DNA of 63,232 nt, filler included, from Actinomycetota bacterium (GCA_046725875.1; 5 parts of 5 records of this genome joined end to end with filler, not necessarily neighbours in it), one strand, 5' to 3'; counted from the first letter of the whole stretch, positions 8,813 through 18,881 are shown. Numbers and translations: made by a program. The notes: generated by a model from the sequence alone, not told the origin.

Positions 8813-10120
8813 TCAACGCGGATCGTCGTAGCCCACCTGGAAAGGCAGCGGCGCCGGCACCGTAGAAAGCAGCCGTCGGGTCGTCTCCAAACCCCAGGTG
8901 TCGAGATCGAGTATCCGGTCGCCGGATGCGCGCAGCCCGCCGTACCGCTCGATGGTCGTCGCCCAAGCTGCGCGATGCGAAATCGAGGGACGGGCCAGGA
9001 GGCAATCCGGATCGTTGATCCAGAAGCGGCCATGCTGCCACCCGCGCCCAGCGACCGAGGTGGTCGCGGCGTGCAGCGACGGTCGGGACATGTCGCCGTC
9101 GACCGGGTCGACGCGCTTGTCGATGTCAGGAGAGACGCGCATCGCGTCCACCAGGCCCACACTGAGCAGAATCGGTGCGCCCGACCCGACCAGGTATGCG
9201 GTCGGTCCAACCGTTTCACGGATCAACTCGAGCGCGTCGCGGTAAGGCTGTTCCCGGAGCGCCCCCGCATAGAGGAAGTCAAGCTTGAAGTAGTCGAAAC
9301 CACCTTCACATAGGGTCATGAAGACTTCGCGAAGGTACGCCGCCGCTCCCGGACGGCGGACGTCGAGGGCGAACAACCGCTGTTGCCAGTTGTGTCCGGC
9401 ATCCGCTTGCGAAACCAGCCAATCGGGATGATCGCGCGCGAGGCGACTATGCGCTCCCACGACGAACGGAGCGATCCAGACGCCGGCCCGGCGGCCGGCA
9501 CCGCGGATTCCGCGGACCAGCGCGGTGAGGGATGGAAAGCTGGGCGCCGGCTCCAGCCAGTCGCCGACCTCGGCCTGCCAGCCATCGTCGATCTGGATCA
9601 CCTCAACCGGCAGGTCGAGCAGGTCGATCGCATCCAGGTTCTCGATGATGTCGGCCTCGGTCACCTCACCGAAGTACTGGTACCACGAACACCAGACGGT
9701 TGGTGCGGCGCGGAGCCGACGAACGCCTGAGCGAGCTGCGAAACCGTCGGCCCACTCGGCGAGCGCCGCGCCGATAGTGGCACCGGTGCTCTCCTCGACT
9801 TCTCCGTCCGTACTTATCACGAGACCGTCCTTGGACAGCTCGGCGCGAATGGACGGCACGACACCCGGCATGTCGCAGCCCGCGAGGACACGAACCGGGC
9901 CACCGTTGCCCGGGTCGATCGCGAGCAGGCCCTCGCCCTGGAAGCCGCGGGGCGGCCCAGGACGCTCGGGCCGCCAGCACATGATCTGAAGCTCGGGGCG
10001 ACTCGGGCGGAAACCGGTTGCCGTGACGGGATACGCGGTGGTCGGGCTCCAGCTCTGCCAGCCGTGCTCGTAGACACGGGCATGCGCGGGATCAACGGCA
10101 AGCTCGAAGATGCGCTGCAT
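8813..10120 (-). CDS. GH36-like (clan GH-D) glycoside hydrolase, alpha-galactosidase family
   Basis: WCSWY, IQIDDGW, GVWIAPF, YFKLDF (nucleophile), MRVSPD (acid/base), NDPDC. Confidence 0.85.
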   Translation of the reverse strand: MQRIFELAVDPAHARVYEHGWQSWSPTTAYPVTATGFRPSRPELQIMCWRPERPGPPRGFQGEGLLAIDPGNGGPVRVLAGCDMPGVVPSIRAELSKDGLVISTDGEVEESTGATIGAALAEWADGFAARSGVRRLRAAPTVWCSWYQYFGEVTEADIIENLDAIDLLDLPVEVIQIDDGWQAEVGDWLEPAPSFPSLTALVRGIRGAGRRAGVWIAPFVVGAHSRLARDHPDWLVSQADAGHNWQQRLFALDVRRPGAAAYLREVFMTLCEGGFDYFKLDFLYAGALREQPYRDALELIRETVGPTAYLVGSGAPILLSVGLVDAMRVSPDIDKRVDPVDGDMSRPSLHAATTSVAGRGWQHGRFWINDPDCLLARPSISHRAAWATTIERYGGLRASGDRILDLDTWGLETTRRLLSTVPAPLPFQVGYDDPR

Positions 10121-10128
10121 CCTCCGCC

Positions 10129-10959
10129 TCATCCCTTGGTGGCCCCGCCCGTCAACCCCCTGATGAAGTGCCGTTGCAACGCCAGGTAAAAGATCAGCAC
10201 AGGCAGGGTCGCGAGGAACATGAGCGCAAACATGGCACCGAAGTCAGCCTGATACTGGCCGATCGAGCGGTAGATCCCGGTTGTGATCGTGGTACCCCGG
10301 CTGGGACCCAGGATGATCAACGGATTGAGGAAGTCATTCCAGATCCAGACCCCGAGAAAGATCAGGACACTAGCGGTCGCGGGCCGCAGCAGCGGGAAGA
10401 CAATCCGCCAGAAGACTTGGAAGCGGCTCGCGCCGTCGATTGCCGCCGCCTCCTCGAGCTCGACCGGGATCGCCCGCGTGAAGCCGGCGAAGACAAACAC
10501 GCCGAAGGGGATGTAATAGCCCACATTGAATAGAACGAGACCCTGCACCGTGCTCATGAGGTCGAGCGCCCTCAGCACCCTGGTGATCGGCAGGAGAATC
10601 ACCTGGGGTGGGATCATCAGGCCGGACAGCAGCAGCAGCGTGACCCAGCGGACCCACCACGCGCGGGTGCGCGCAAGGTAGTGGCCGAGCATCGCGGACA
10701 GCGCGGTGAGAATGAGGATCGACAGCGAGGTGACGATAAGGCTGTTGGTAAGGCTCACCCAGAACAGCCGGTCAGAGCGAGTAAGAACGGCGTCGATGTT
10801 CTCAAGAGTCGGCGGGATAGGCACCGACATCGGCTCGGCCGAGATCCTCGAGCCTTTCTTGACGACGTTGACCAGCGCCACATACAGCGGCAGAAAGAAC
10901 GCGGCGGCGACGGTGATTGCGACAGCCGGCCGAAGCCAGGGCAACCGGGCGCGGTTCAC
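10129..10959 (-). CDS. Carbohydrate ABC transporter permease (MalG-like)
   Basis: EAA motif IPVELEEAAAIDGAS, WNDF; GTG start overlaps the upstream stop. Confidence 0.92.
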   Translation of the reverse strand: MNRARLPWLRPAVAITVAAAFFLPLYVALVNVVKKGSRISAEPMSVPIPPTLENIDAVLTRSDRLFWVSLTNSLIVTSLSILILTALSAMLGHYLARTRAWWVRWVTLLLLSGLMIPPQVILLPITRVLRALDLMSTVQGLVLFNVGYYIPFGVFVFAGFTRAIPVELEEAAAIDGASRFQVFWRIVFPLLRPATASVLIFLGVWIWNDFLNPLIILGPSRGTTITTGIYRSIGQYQADFGAMFALMFLATLPVLIFYLALQRHFIRGLTGGATKG

Positions 10960-11900
10960 AGCTCGACCTCGCGCCTCTGCAGCACCTTGAGCGTGACGGC
11001 CGAGGCCGTCGCAATGATCACCAACATCGCGATAGCCATGGCCGACGCGTATCCCTGCCGGTTCTCGGTGAAGCCGGTATGCAGGACGTTGTAGGCAATC
11101 GTCGCGGTCGTTCCGGTGCCGGGTCCACCGCGCGTCATGACCTGGACATGATCGAAGATCTTGAACGCCGAGATGAGCAGCACAACCGTGTTGATGGTCA
11201 GCGCGGGCGCAAGCAGCGGCCAGGTTACGTGCCAGAAGCGTCGGACCGGCCCGGCGCCGTCGATCGCGGCGGCTTCCAGCAGCTCGTGCGGTACGCCTTG
11301 CAGGCCGGCGAGGTAGACGACGACACAGAAGCCGAGCATCTGCCATGCAACGACCGAGCTGAGTGAGTAGAGCGCGATGTCTGGGTCGGATAGCCAGCCG
11401 GGCGGGTTGTCGACTCCGACCCCGCGCAGTGTCCGGTTGATCGGGCCGTTGTTGTCGAGCAGGCGGATCCAGATCACGCTGACCACAACTGAGCTGAGAA
11501 CCATCGGCACGAAGAAGACACTTCGCAGGCCGTTGTAGAGCCAGCCACGCCGATCGACCAGCATTGCAATGGCGAGCCCCAGTACGTTCGGAACGATCAC
11601 AACGATCAGCGTCAAAATGGTCGTGACCCGAAGCGACATGAGGAATTCCGGATCGCTGAACAACCGCCGGTAGTTGTCGAGCCCGACGTACTCGGTCGGC
11701 GGACTGAACGGGTTGTAGTCGGTGAGGCTGTATCCGAAGCTGATGACGATCGGCGCTAGCACGAAGCAGAGATAGACAAGCAACCCCGGCGACGCGAAGG
11801 TCGCGAAATGCCGCACGCCCGGTAGCTTCGGCTTGCGCCGGCGTCGGCTCGGCGTACGGCGGGCGGCGGCCTTAGGAGGTGCCGCGATGTCGACGGCCAT
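10956..11900 (-). CDS. Carbohydrate ABC transporter permease (MalF-like)
   Basis: YVGLDNY, YLAGLQGVPHELLEAAAIDGA, GGPG. Confidence 0.92.
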   Translation of the reverse strand: MAVDIAAPPKAAARRTPSRRRRKPKLPGVRHFATFASPGLLVYLCFVLAPIVISFGYSLTDYNPFSPPTEYVGLDNYRRLFSDPEFLMSLRVTTILTLIVVIVPNVLGLAIAMLVDRRGWLYNGLRSVFFVPMVLSSVVVSVIWIRLLDNNGPINRTLRGVGVDNPPGWLSDPDIALYSLSSVVAWQMLGFCVVVYLAGLQGVPHELLEAAAIDGAGPVRRFWHVTWPLLAPALTINTVVLLISAFKIFDHVQVMTRGGPGTGTTATIAYNVLHTGFTENRQGYASAMAIAMLVIIATASAVTLKVLQRREVEL

Positions 11901-11923
11901 CTAGCCGGTCCTCCCTGAGATGG

Positions 11924-11967
11924 CAATGCCGGCCAAACGCTCGTAGCGAGCGCTCCGGCCGGCATTG
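11924..11967. terminator. Intercistronic stem-loop after the solute-binding protein gene
   Basis: CAATGCCGGCC...GGCCGGCATTG outer stem with an inner CGCTCG-tag-CGAGCG stem. Confidence 0.65.
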
Positions 11968-11981
11968 TAGGAACGACGGGC

Positions 11982-13265
11982 TCAGGAAGCCGCATCCCAC
12001 TCGGAGTCGAGGAACGCGCACACCTGGTCGACAGACTTGTTCCCGGTAACGAGGTCCACCGACGAGGAGTCCCACTTCTCGACCATCCCCGGCAGCATGC
12101 CGTCGTCGCCGGCCTCGAATCCGAACGCCGGGACGATAGCGTTCGTCTGGACTCCCTGCTCGTAGAGCCGGTATCCCGCCTTGTAGGCAGCACCGGTGTC
12201 TGACGGCGGCGTGTAGCCCTTGACGGCCGGGAACAGCCCGTCGAACTTCGCGGAGGCGTCGAGATTCTGCCGGTCCAGCTGGAACTCGAGCGCGAACGTC
12301 TTCGCGGCGTCGAGATTCTTCGCCTTCGCGCTCACCGAGAGCCCGCCGCCGGTGAACGCTGGGACGACCATGCTGCCATCATCAGAGGGCCAGTTGAATT
12401 GGCCGACCTCGAAGTCAGGGGTGGTGTCCGGGCTGTCTAGAGCGGCGGCGAACCAGTTACCCATCGCGTACATCGCCCCATCGCCGTCGAGGAAGGCTTG
12501 CTGGCCGGCGGCGTAGTCGCGAGACATGTCCCGACGGTCCACGTAACCCTTCGCACCGAGGTCCGCCAGCTTCGCGGCGGCCGATTTGTACTTGGGGTCG
12601 CAGAACGACACGGTGCCGGCCCGGCGGTCGTGCATCCAGTCCGGGTTCTTGGCATACAGGTCGGTGCCCAAGATGCCCGCGAAGAGCGGGCCCAGCGAGT
12701 CGTGGACACCGGCGGTGACGAACGGCTTGACCCCGGCCGCATCGAGCCGCTTGGCGACGCTGAGCAGCTCGGCGTACGTAGCCGGCGGCTCGCTGACGCC
12801 GGCCTTCGCGAACAGGTCCTTGTTGTAGTAGACAACCGGAATCGTCTGCGTGTTCGCGGGGATCTGGTAGACCTTCCCCCCGATCGCGCCATTGTTCGGG
12901 AAAAGGAAATCCGCGAGCTCTTCGGATGACCATGCGTAGAGCTCGCCGGCCTCGGCGAAGCCAGCCGGAGAGACAGCGATCATTACGTCCGGAAACTGGC
13001 CTGAGGTCAGCAGCTGCCGAGCGTAGGTCGTCCGGTCTTGGGTCGGCGAAACGATCTTCTTGACGCTGATCTCCGGATGCTTGTCGGTGACCCGCTTGAT
13101 CGCTGCATCCCAGTATTGCGGCGTCAGATTCGGCGTCTCGAACACGAGGAAAGTGATCCGCTGGCTACCCGCGGCCTTGCCAGCGGAATCGTCATCGTCG
13201 TCGCCGACGGCGCACGCGCTCAATCCGACGACCAGTGCGCTTGCCAGCGCCAAGAGTCTCTTCAT
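11982..13265 (-). CDS. Sugar ABC transporter substrate-binding lipoprotein
   Basis: LSAC lipobox, YYNKDLFAKAG, P.TY.EL (SBP family 1). Confidence 0.92.
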   Translation of the reverse strand: MKRLLALASALVVGLSACAVGDDDDDSAGKAAGSQRITFLVFETPNLTPQYWDAAIKRVTDKHPEISVKKIVSPTQDRTTYARQLLTSGQFPDVMIAVSPAGFAEAGELYAWSSEELADFLFPNNGAIGGKVYQIPANTQTIPVVYYNKDLFAKAGVSEPPATYAELLSVAKRLDAAGVKPFVTAGVHDSLGPLFAGILGTDLYAKNPDWMHDRRAGTVSFCDPKYKSAAAKLADLGAKGYVDRRDMSRDYAAGQQAFLDGDGAMYAMGNWFAAALDSPDTTPDFEVGQFNWPSDDGSMVVPAFTGGGLSVSAKAKNLDAAKTFALEFQLDRQNLDASAKFDGLFPAVKGYTPPSDTGAAYKAGYRLYEQGVQTNAIVPAFGFEAGDDGMLPGMVEKWDSSSVDLVTGNKSVDQVCAFLDSEWDAAS

Positions 13266-13344
13266 CTAGCCAACCCTTCCATCGCGTCGGCGTGCCCTTT
13301 GTCGAAGGATTGGACGGTCGTCACAATCGCCGCCCATCGTCATT

Positions 13345-13419
13345 AGATCGGATGTGTACGGTCCGGTCAAGCAGCTCAGAGCACTGCTAGGCCGACTTAT
13401 GCCATGATTCATGGGATGT
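13345..13419. promoter_or_regulatory. Two candidate FadR/GntR operators (ACATCNGATGT-like)
   Basis: AGATCGGATGT (13345-13355) and TCATGGGATGT (13409-13419) in the divergent intergenic region. Confidence 0.55.
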
Positions 13420-13485
13420 ATCTTGACATCGTGGCGGGATCGGCGATGTCGTTGAGTTGCCCACAGGTCCAGGAGAGCCGGCCGG

Positions 13486-14787
13486 ATGACAGTGAAGATC
13501 ACCGCGATGGAGACCACCGACGTGCGCTTTCCGACGTCGCGGGATCTCCATGGGTCGGACGCGATGAATCCCGACCCGGACTACTCCGCGGCATACGTCG
13601 TCGTACGCACCGACGCCGGCGATGGGCGCGAGGGGCACGCGTTCGCGTTCACAATCGGGCGCGGAAACGATGTGCAGGTCGCGGCGATCAAGGCGATCGC
13701 GCCGCTCGTTGTCGGCCGTCCCCTCGACGCAACACTGGTAGGCCTCGGGGACCTCGGGAAGGAGCTCGTGCACGACTCGCAGCTTCGCTGGCTCGGCCCG
13801 GAGAAGGGCGTAATCCACATGGCGGTCGGCGCCGTCGTCAATGCGCTGTGGGATCTGCGCGCCAAGCGGGCGGGCAAACCGCTCTGGCGGCTGCTCGCGG
13901 AGCTTGCTCCACAGGAAATCGTCGACCTCGTCGACTTTCGCTACCTGACCGATGCGTTGACTCCCGAGGAGGCACTCGCGATTCTCCGGCGATCCGAACC
14001 GGGCCGCGCCGAGCGAATGGCGGAGCTCCAGGATGGGGGCTATCCGGCGTACGCGACGACACCGGGCTGGCTCGGCTACGACGACGACAAGCTTCGGCGT
14101 TTGTGCAAGCGAGCTGTGGAGGACGGGTTCGGCCACATCAAGCTGAAGGTCGGCCGGGAGCTAGCCGAAGACCGGCGGCGAATGGCCATCGCTCGCGAAG
14201 TGTGCGGCGCGGGCGTGCGGATCGCGGTCGACGCGAACCAGCGGTGGGAGGTGGGCGATGCGGTCGACTGGATTACCGCGTTGAGCCCGTACGACCTCTG
14301 GTGGGTCGAGGAGCCGACGAGTCCGGACGACGTGTTGGGCTATGCCGCGATCGCTCAAGCCGTCGCCCCGGTGCCGCTTGCTGCCGGCGAGCATGTACAT
14401 AACCGGGTGGTCTTCAAGCAGCTGCTGAAGACGCGCGCGATCTCATACCTCCAGCTTGACGCGACCCGCGTGGCCGGAGTGAACGAGAACGTTGCAATCC
14501 TGCTGCTGGCGGCGAAGTTCGGCGTGCCGGTTTGCCCGCATGCGGGCGGCGTCGGGCTCTGCGAGCTCGTCCAGCACCTGGCAATGTTCGACTATGTAGC
14601 CGTGAGCGGCTCGATGGACGACCGCGTAGTCGAGTATGTCGATCATCTCCACGAGCATTTCGTCGATCCGGTGATGGTCCGGAACGGCCGCTACGCTGCC
14701 CCGTCCGCTCCCGGCTTCAGCTCCACCATGCGCCCGGCCAGCATCGCACGCTATGCGTTCCCAGGCGGGTCGGCCTGGGCTCGTTGA
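13486..14787 (+). CDS. fucD: L-fuconate dehydratase (enolase superfamily)
   Basis: [67 protein letters not shown]. Confidence 0.92.
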   Translation: MTVKITAMETTDVRFPTSRDLHGSDAMNPDPDYSAAYVVVRTDAGDGREGHAFAFTIGRGNDVQVAAIKAIAPLVVGRPLDATLVGLGDLGKELVHDSQLRWLGPEKGVIHMAVGAVVNALWDLRAKRAGKPLWRLLAELAPQEIVDLVDFRYLTDALTPEEALAILRRSEPGRAERMAELQDGGYPAYATTPGWLGYDDDKLRRLCKRAVEDGFGHIKLKVGRELAEDRRRMAIAREVCGAGVRIAVDANQRWEVGDAVDWITALSPYDLWWVEEPTSPDDVLGYAAIAQAVAPVPLAAGEHVHNRVVFKQLLKTRAISYLQLDATRVAGVNENVAILLLAAKFGVPVCPHAGGVGLCELVQHLAMFDYVAVSGSMDDRVVEYVDHLHEHFVDPVMVRNGRYAAPSAPGFSSTMRPASIARYAFPGGSAWAR

Positions 14788-14792
14788 CCACC

Positions 14793-15815
14793 ATGATGCG
14801 AACGATCCGGCTTGGCACAAGCGACGTGCGGGTCACCGCTCTCGGCTTCGGCGCGGCGCCGATTGCCGGCTTGTACGAGGCCGTGGACGACGAGACGGCC
14901 CGCGCCGCGATCGAGGCGGCATGGGATGCCGGCATCCGCTACTTCGACACTGCTCCGCACTACGGGCTCGGCCTGTCTGAGGTGCGGCTTGGTCGGGCTC
15001 TTTCGACCCGACCGCGCGGTGGGTACGTAGTCTCGACGAAGGTCGGCCGCCTCCTCGTACCCGAGACAGCCGCCCCCGATCGCCGTGACCTTGCGCACGG
15101 CTTCGATATCGCGACCACGCACCGGCGAAGGTGGGACTTTAGCGCCGATGGCGTTCGCAGGTCGTACGAGGCAAGCCTTACCCGCCTCGACCTCGACCGA
15201 ATCGACGTGGTCCTGCTCCACGATCCAGATGATCACTGGCGGCAGGCGCTCGAAGAGGCCTACCCAGCTTTGCATGACCTCCGCATGCAGCATGTCATTG
15301 GCGCGATTGGCGTCGGAATGAACCAATGGCAGATGCTGGCCGACTTCGTCCGGGAAGTCGAGCTCGACGTCGTCCTTTTGGCGGGTCGGTACACGTTGCT
15401 CGACCAGTCAGCGCTCGATGTCCTCCTACCGCTCTGCTTGCAGCGGAGCGTGACCGTGGTCGCCGCGGGGGTTTTCAACAGCGGCCTGTTGGCATCCGAT
15501 GATCCAGCCGAGGGTGGGCGGTTCAACTACCGGGCGGCGCCACCCGAGGTGCTGGAGCGGGCACGCCGGATTGCCGCCGTCTGCGCAAGCCACGGGATTA
15601 GCCTGCCGCAGGCCGCGCTGGCTTTCCCATTCGGGCATCCGGCCGTCGGGGCCCTTCTGGTGGGAATGCGGTCGGTCGTCGAGGTTGTCAAGGATGTCCA
15701 GCTCGCCAACCGCCCGGTGCCACCCGACCTGTGGGGTGAGCTCGTCGCGGACGGTTTGCTGCGACCCGACGCGCCAGCGCCACGGCGGGGAACCGGGCCG
15801 CTTGCTCCCGGCTGA
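14793..15815 (+). CDS. Aldo/keto reductase, D-threo-aldose (L-fucose) 1-dehydrogenase type
   Basis: LGFGAAPIAGLY, YFDTAPHYGLGLSE, STKVGR, LHDPD, LAGRYTLL; supported by gene context. Confidence 0.85.
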   Translation: MMRTIRLGTSDVRVTALGFGAAPIAGLYEAVDDETARAAIEAAWDAGIRYFDTAPHYGLGLSEVRLGRALSTRPRGGYVVSTKVGRLLVPETAAPDRRDLAHGFDIATTHRRRWDFSADGVRRSYEASLTRLDLDRIDVVLLHDPDDHWRQALEEAYPALHDLRMQHVIGAIGVGMNQWQMLADFVREVELDVVLLAGRYTLLDQSALDVLLPLCLQRSVTVVAAGVFNSGLLASDDPAEGGRFNYRAAPPEVLERARRIAAVCASHGISLPQAALAFPFGHPAVGALLVGMRSVVEVVKDVQLANRPVPPDLWGELVADGLLRPDAPAPRRGTGPLAPG

Positions 15816-15820
15816 GCGCA

Positions 15821-16504
15821 CTACGAGCCCACGTAGAGGGCGGTCCGAAGCCAGTCCTCGACTCCCGCGATGTGCACGGTCGCCCACGCCCTGGCGACGT
15901 CAGGCTGGCGGGCCGCGATCGCTTGGTAGATCGCGTTGTGCTGCTCACGGGTCCGGGCCACCGCGCCCTCTTGGGTAAGGCCACGCCAGATCCGTGCCCG
16001 GGTGGTCGGCGCCGACAAGGTGTCGAGCAGAGACGTCAGGACGGGATTACCTGAGCCTTCGGCTATCCGTTGATGGAACTTCAGGTCGTTCGCCACAAGT
16101 GCTTCGACGCTCGCGTCGTCCTCGAGTGCGTCGAGGATGCCGGCCAAGTCGGCGATCTCGTCGTCGCTCATGTGTTGAGCAGCCCGGGAGGCCGCGGCGG
16201 GCTCCAGGATCCGCCGTACCTCAAAGAAGTGCAGGACCGTGTCGTCGCGGTGGAAGTCGACGATGAACGAAAGGGCCTCGAGGAGTAGCTGCGGTTCCAA
16301 GCTCGTGACGTAGGTGCCATCGCCTTGCCGAACGTCCAGGACATTGATCAACGAGAGCGCCCGTACGGCTTCCCGCAGCGAGTTGCGGGACAAGCCGAGC
16401 CGCTCGGCCAGATCGGCCTCCTTGGGCAGCCGATCACCTGGGCGCAGGTCCCCAAATACGATCATCTGCTTGATGCGGTCGATCGCGTCGTCAGTAACAG
16501 CCAC
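15821..16504 (-). CDS. FadR/GntR-family transcriptional regulator
   Basis: PGDRLPKEADLA..LGLSRNSLREAV, RQGDGTYV, FCD domain. Confidence 0.93.
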   Translation of the reverse strand: MAVTDDAIDRIKQMIVFGDLRPGDRLPKEADLAERLGLSRNSLREAVRALSLINVLDVRQGDGTYVTSLEPQLLLEALSFIVDFHRDDTVLHFFEVRRILEPAAASRAAQHMSDDEIADLAGILDALEDDASVEALVANDLKFHQRIAEGSGNPVLTSLLDTLSAPTTRARIWRGLTQEGAVARTREQHNAIYQAIAARQPDVARAWATVHIAGVEDWLRTALYVGS

Positions 16505-16525
16505 GCTGCCCTCCCTGTGCCGTAG

Positions 16526-16633
16526 ACATCCGACGTAAAAGGATCGTTAGACGGTCCAATCTAGGCGTAAACCGGCTCATCCGGTGCCTTGAGTGGACCA
16601 TTCGGGCTGGCCTAGCCTTCATTGATCCGATAA
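16526..16633. promoter_or_regulatory. Three candidate FadR operators
   Basis: ACATCCGACGT (16526), TCATCCGGTGC (16577) and TGATCCGATAA (16623); same motif as 13345-13419. Confidence 0.5.
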
Positions 16634-16718
16634 GTGGTGATAGCGGGGGTCTGGAGATTCTTGTGGAACTCGTGCTCGAAGACAGGGCCCGCAGGGTCAG
16701 GCGATGTGGAGCCGAGCC

Positions 16719-17471
16719 GTGAGCGTCGACTTCGCCGGCCTTCGGATCGTCGTGACCGGCGGTGCGTCGGGCATCGGGCTCGCCGCCGCGCGGATGTTCG
16801 CCGAGCACGGCGGGCAGGTGGCCTGCCTGGATCTCAATCCGCAGGTAGCGCCGCCGCTCCACGGTGTCCTGGCAGACGTCGCGGATGAGGCGACGGTCAG
16901 GGGGGCGGTGGCGGAGGTGGCCGACCGCTTCGGCGGCATCGACATCGTCGTCAACAATGCGGGGATCGGCGCTCAGGGCAGTGTCATGGACAACGATCTG
17001 GACGAGTGGCGGCGGGTTTTCGACGTCAACGTCTACGGCGTCGTTCGGGTCGTGCAGGCGACGGTGCCGTACCTCCGCCGCAGCGCGCACCCGGCCATCG
17101 TCAACACCTGCTCGATAGCCGCGTGGGCGGGCCTACCGAACCGGGCGCTGTATTCGGCGACGAAGGGCGCGTTGCTCGCGCTCACGCTCGGGATGGCGGC
17201 GGACTTCGCCGCCGACGGCATCCGGGTGAATTGCGTAAATCCCGGCACCGTGGACACTCCATGGGTGGCTCGCCTGCTCGCGGCGGCACCGGACCCAGCA
17301 GCCGAGCGGGCGGCGCTGGAGGCCCGACAGCCCATCGGACGGCTCGTCACCGCCGAGGAAGTGGCCGCCGCGATCGCGTACCTCGCGAGTCCGCTCGCCT
17401 CTGCAACCACCGGCGCAGCACTCGCCGTGGACGGCGGGATGTACGGTCTGCGGCCGCGGAGTCGGCCTTGA
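16719..17471 (+). CDS. SDR oxidoreductase, likely 2-keto-3-deoxy-L-fuconate dehydrogenase
   Basis: TGGASGIG, NNAG, YSATK, PGTVDTP, RQPIGRL; supported by gene context. Confidence 0.85.
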   Translation: MSVDFAGLRIVVTGGASGIGLAAARMFAEHGGQVACLDLNPQVAPPLHGVLADVADEATVRGAVAEVADRFGGIDIVVNNAGIGAQGSVMDNDLDEWRRVFDVNVYGVVRVVQATVPYLRRSAHPAIVNTCSIAAWAGLPNRALYSATKGALLALTLGMAADFAADGIRVNCVNPGTVDTPWVARLLAAAPDPAAERAALEARQPIGRLVTAEEVAAAIAYLASPLASATTGAALAVDGGMYGLRPRSRP

Positions 17472-18337
17472 TCCGAATCGATGCACACCACCACCTGTGG
17501 GATGTGACACGTCGCAGCTATGGATGGATGGACGGCCCATGGGCGGATCCACTGCGTGCGTCGTTCACCACCGCGGACCTGGGGCCGCTCGCCGCGGCCA
17601 GCGGAATCGGTGGGACGGTCGTCGTACAGGCGCTTGGCGAATCCGGTGAGACCGAGGAGCTCGTCGCGACTGCAGCGCAGTCCGCACTGATCGCCGGCGT
17701 CGTCGGCTGGGTCGACCTCACCGCCCCTGACCTGAACGAAGCGCTGGGCGGGCTGCGCAGTCGGCCAGGCGGCGAAAAACTGGTCGGCATCCGCCATCAG
17801 GTCCAGGACGAGCCTGACCCGGAGTGGATAGTACGCCCCGACGTGCTGGCCGGCCTCCGAGCGGTGGGTGCGGCAGGGCTCGCGTACGACCTCCTCGTCA
17901 AGCCGCCCCAGCTACCGGCGGCGGACCGGGCGGCACGCGAGCTACCCGAGGTACGTTTCGTCGTCGACCACCTCGCAAAGCCAGCGATCGTCAGAGGCGA
18001 CTGGGAGCCTTGGGCGTCCGGGCTGGCGCGCCTCGCAACCTGCCAGAACGTCACCGCGAAGATCTCGGGCCTCGTCACGGAGGCCGGCTGGGATACGTGG
18101 TCGGTCGATCAGCTCCGTCCCTACGTGCGCCACGCCTTGGATTGCTTCGGCCCGGGCCGGCTCATGTTCGGCTCGGACTGGCCCGTATGTACGCTCGCGG
18201 CCAGCTACGGGCTCGTCGTTGAAGCCGCCGAAGTCCTAGTCGACGACCTCAGCACCGCCGAGCGGCAGGCGGTCTTCAGTCATACCGCGATCGAGGTCTA
18301 TCGGCTCGACACCGGCTCTGTCGTGGGCTTGCTCTGA
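17468..18337 (+). CDS. Amidohydrolase, L-fuconolactonase type
   Basis: IDAHHHLW, VVGWVDL, GIRHQVQDEPD, DHLAKP, KISG, MFGSDWPVC; TTG start coupled to the SDR stop. Confidence 0.88.
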   Translation: MIRIDAHHHLWDVTRRSYGWMDGPWADPLRASFTTADLGPLAAASGIGGTVVVQALGESGETEELVATAAQSALIAGVVGWVDLTAPDLNEALGGLRSRPGGEKLVGIRHQVQDEPDPEWIVRPDVLAGLRAVGAAGLAYDLLVKPPQLPAADRAARELPEVRFVVDHLAKPAIVRGDWEPWASGLARLATCQNVTAKISGLVTEAGWDTWSVDQLRPYVRHALDCFGPGRLMFGSDWPVCTLAASYGLVVEAAEVLVDDLSTAERQAVFSHTAIEVYRLDTGSVVGLL

Positions 18338-18405
18338 ACGGCGCGCCGAGGGCTGGACCGGATCGCGCAACGGCGGCAACCAGATCTAGAACCCGCTACT
18401 AGAAT

Positions 18406-18589
18406 TTAGAACGGCGGTGGATCCGGGTCGTCGGCGCGGCCGTATGGAGCAGCGCTATCGTCCCTAGGCCTGGACTCTTCGGCATATGGCAAGTCATCTC
18501 GATCTTGTGTCCCGCGTTCAGCCGGTGGTCCGACCATCGGCCCGATGGGGTCGGGGTGTTTGGTGTAGCGGTGGCCGGTGGGCGAGGTC
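18406..18589 (-). CDS. C-terminal tail of a DUF222/HNH endonuclease (REP13E12-like), cut by the contig end
   Basis: TSPTGHRYTKHPDP...DDPDPPPF*, the typical (W)TSPTGHxY and terminal PPF motifs; not in the ORF track. Confidence 0.7.
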
Positions 18590-18689
18590 NNNNNNNNNNN
18601 NNNNNNNNNNNNNNNNNNNNNNNNNNNNNNNNNTTAATTAATTAANNNNNNNNNNNNNNNNNNNNNNNNNNNNNNNNNNNNNNNNNNNN
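18590..18689. other. Artificial contig spacer
   Basis: 44 N + TTAATTAATTAA + 44 N. Confidence 0.99.
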
Positions 18690-18881
18690 CCAGCGAAGTG
18701 ACGCTTGTCGCCCTGCTGGGATATCCATAGACTCGGCAATCCGCCGAGTGCCGACGCCTTCTTCGCACGCAGCTTATGCCATGCGCCGTCCGGACTCGGC
18801 GGTCGCCGCGTCGACGGGAGGCGTTGCGAACTACATGGGGGAGTCGAGTGGCGTCCCGTCCGCCGGAGGCGAGACGCCGCG

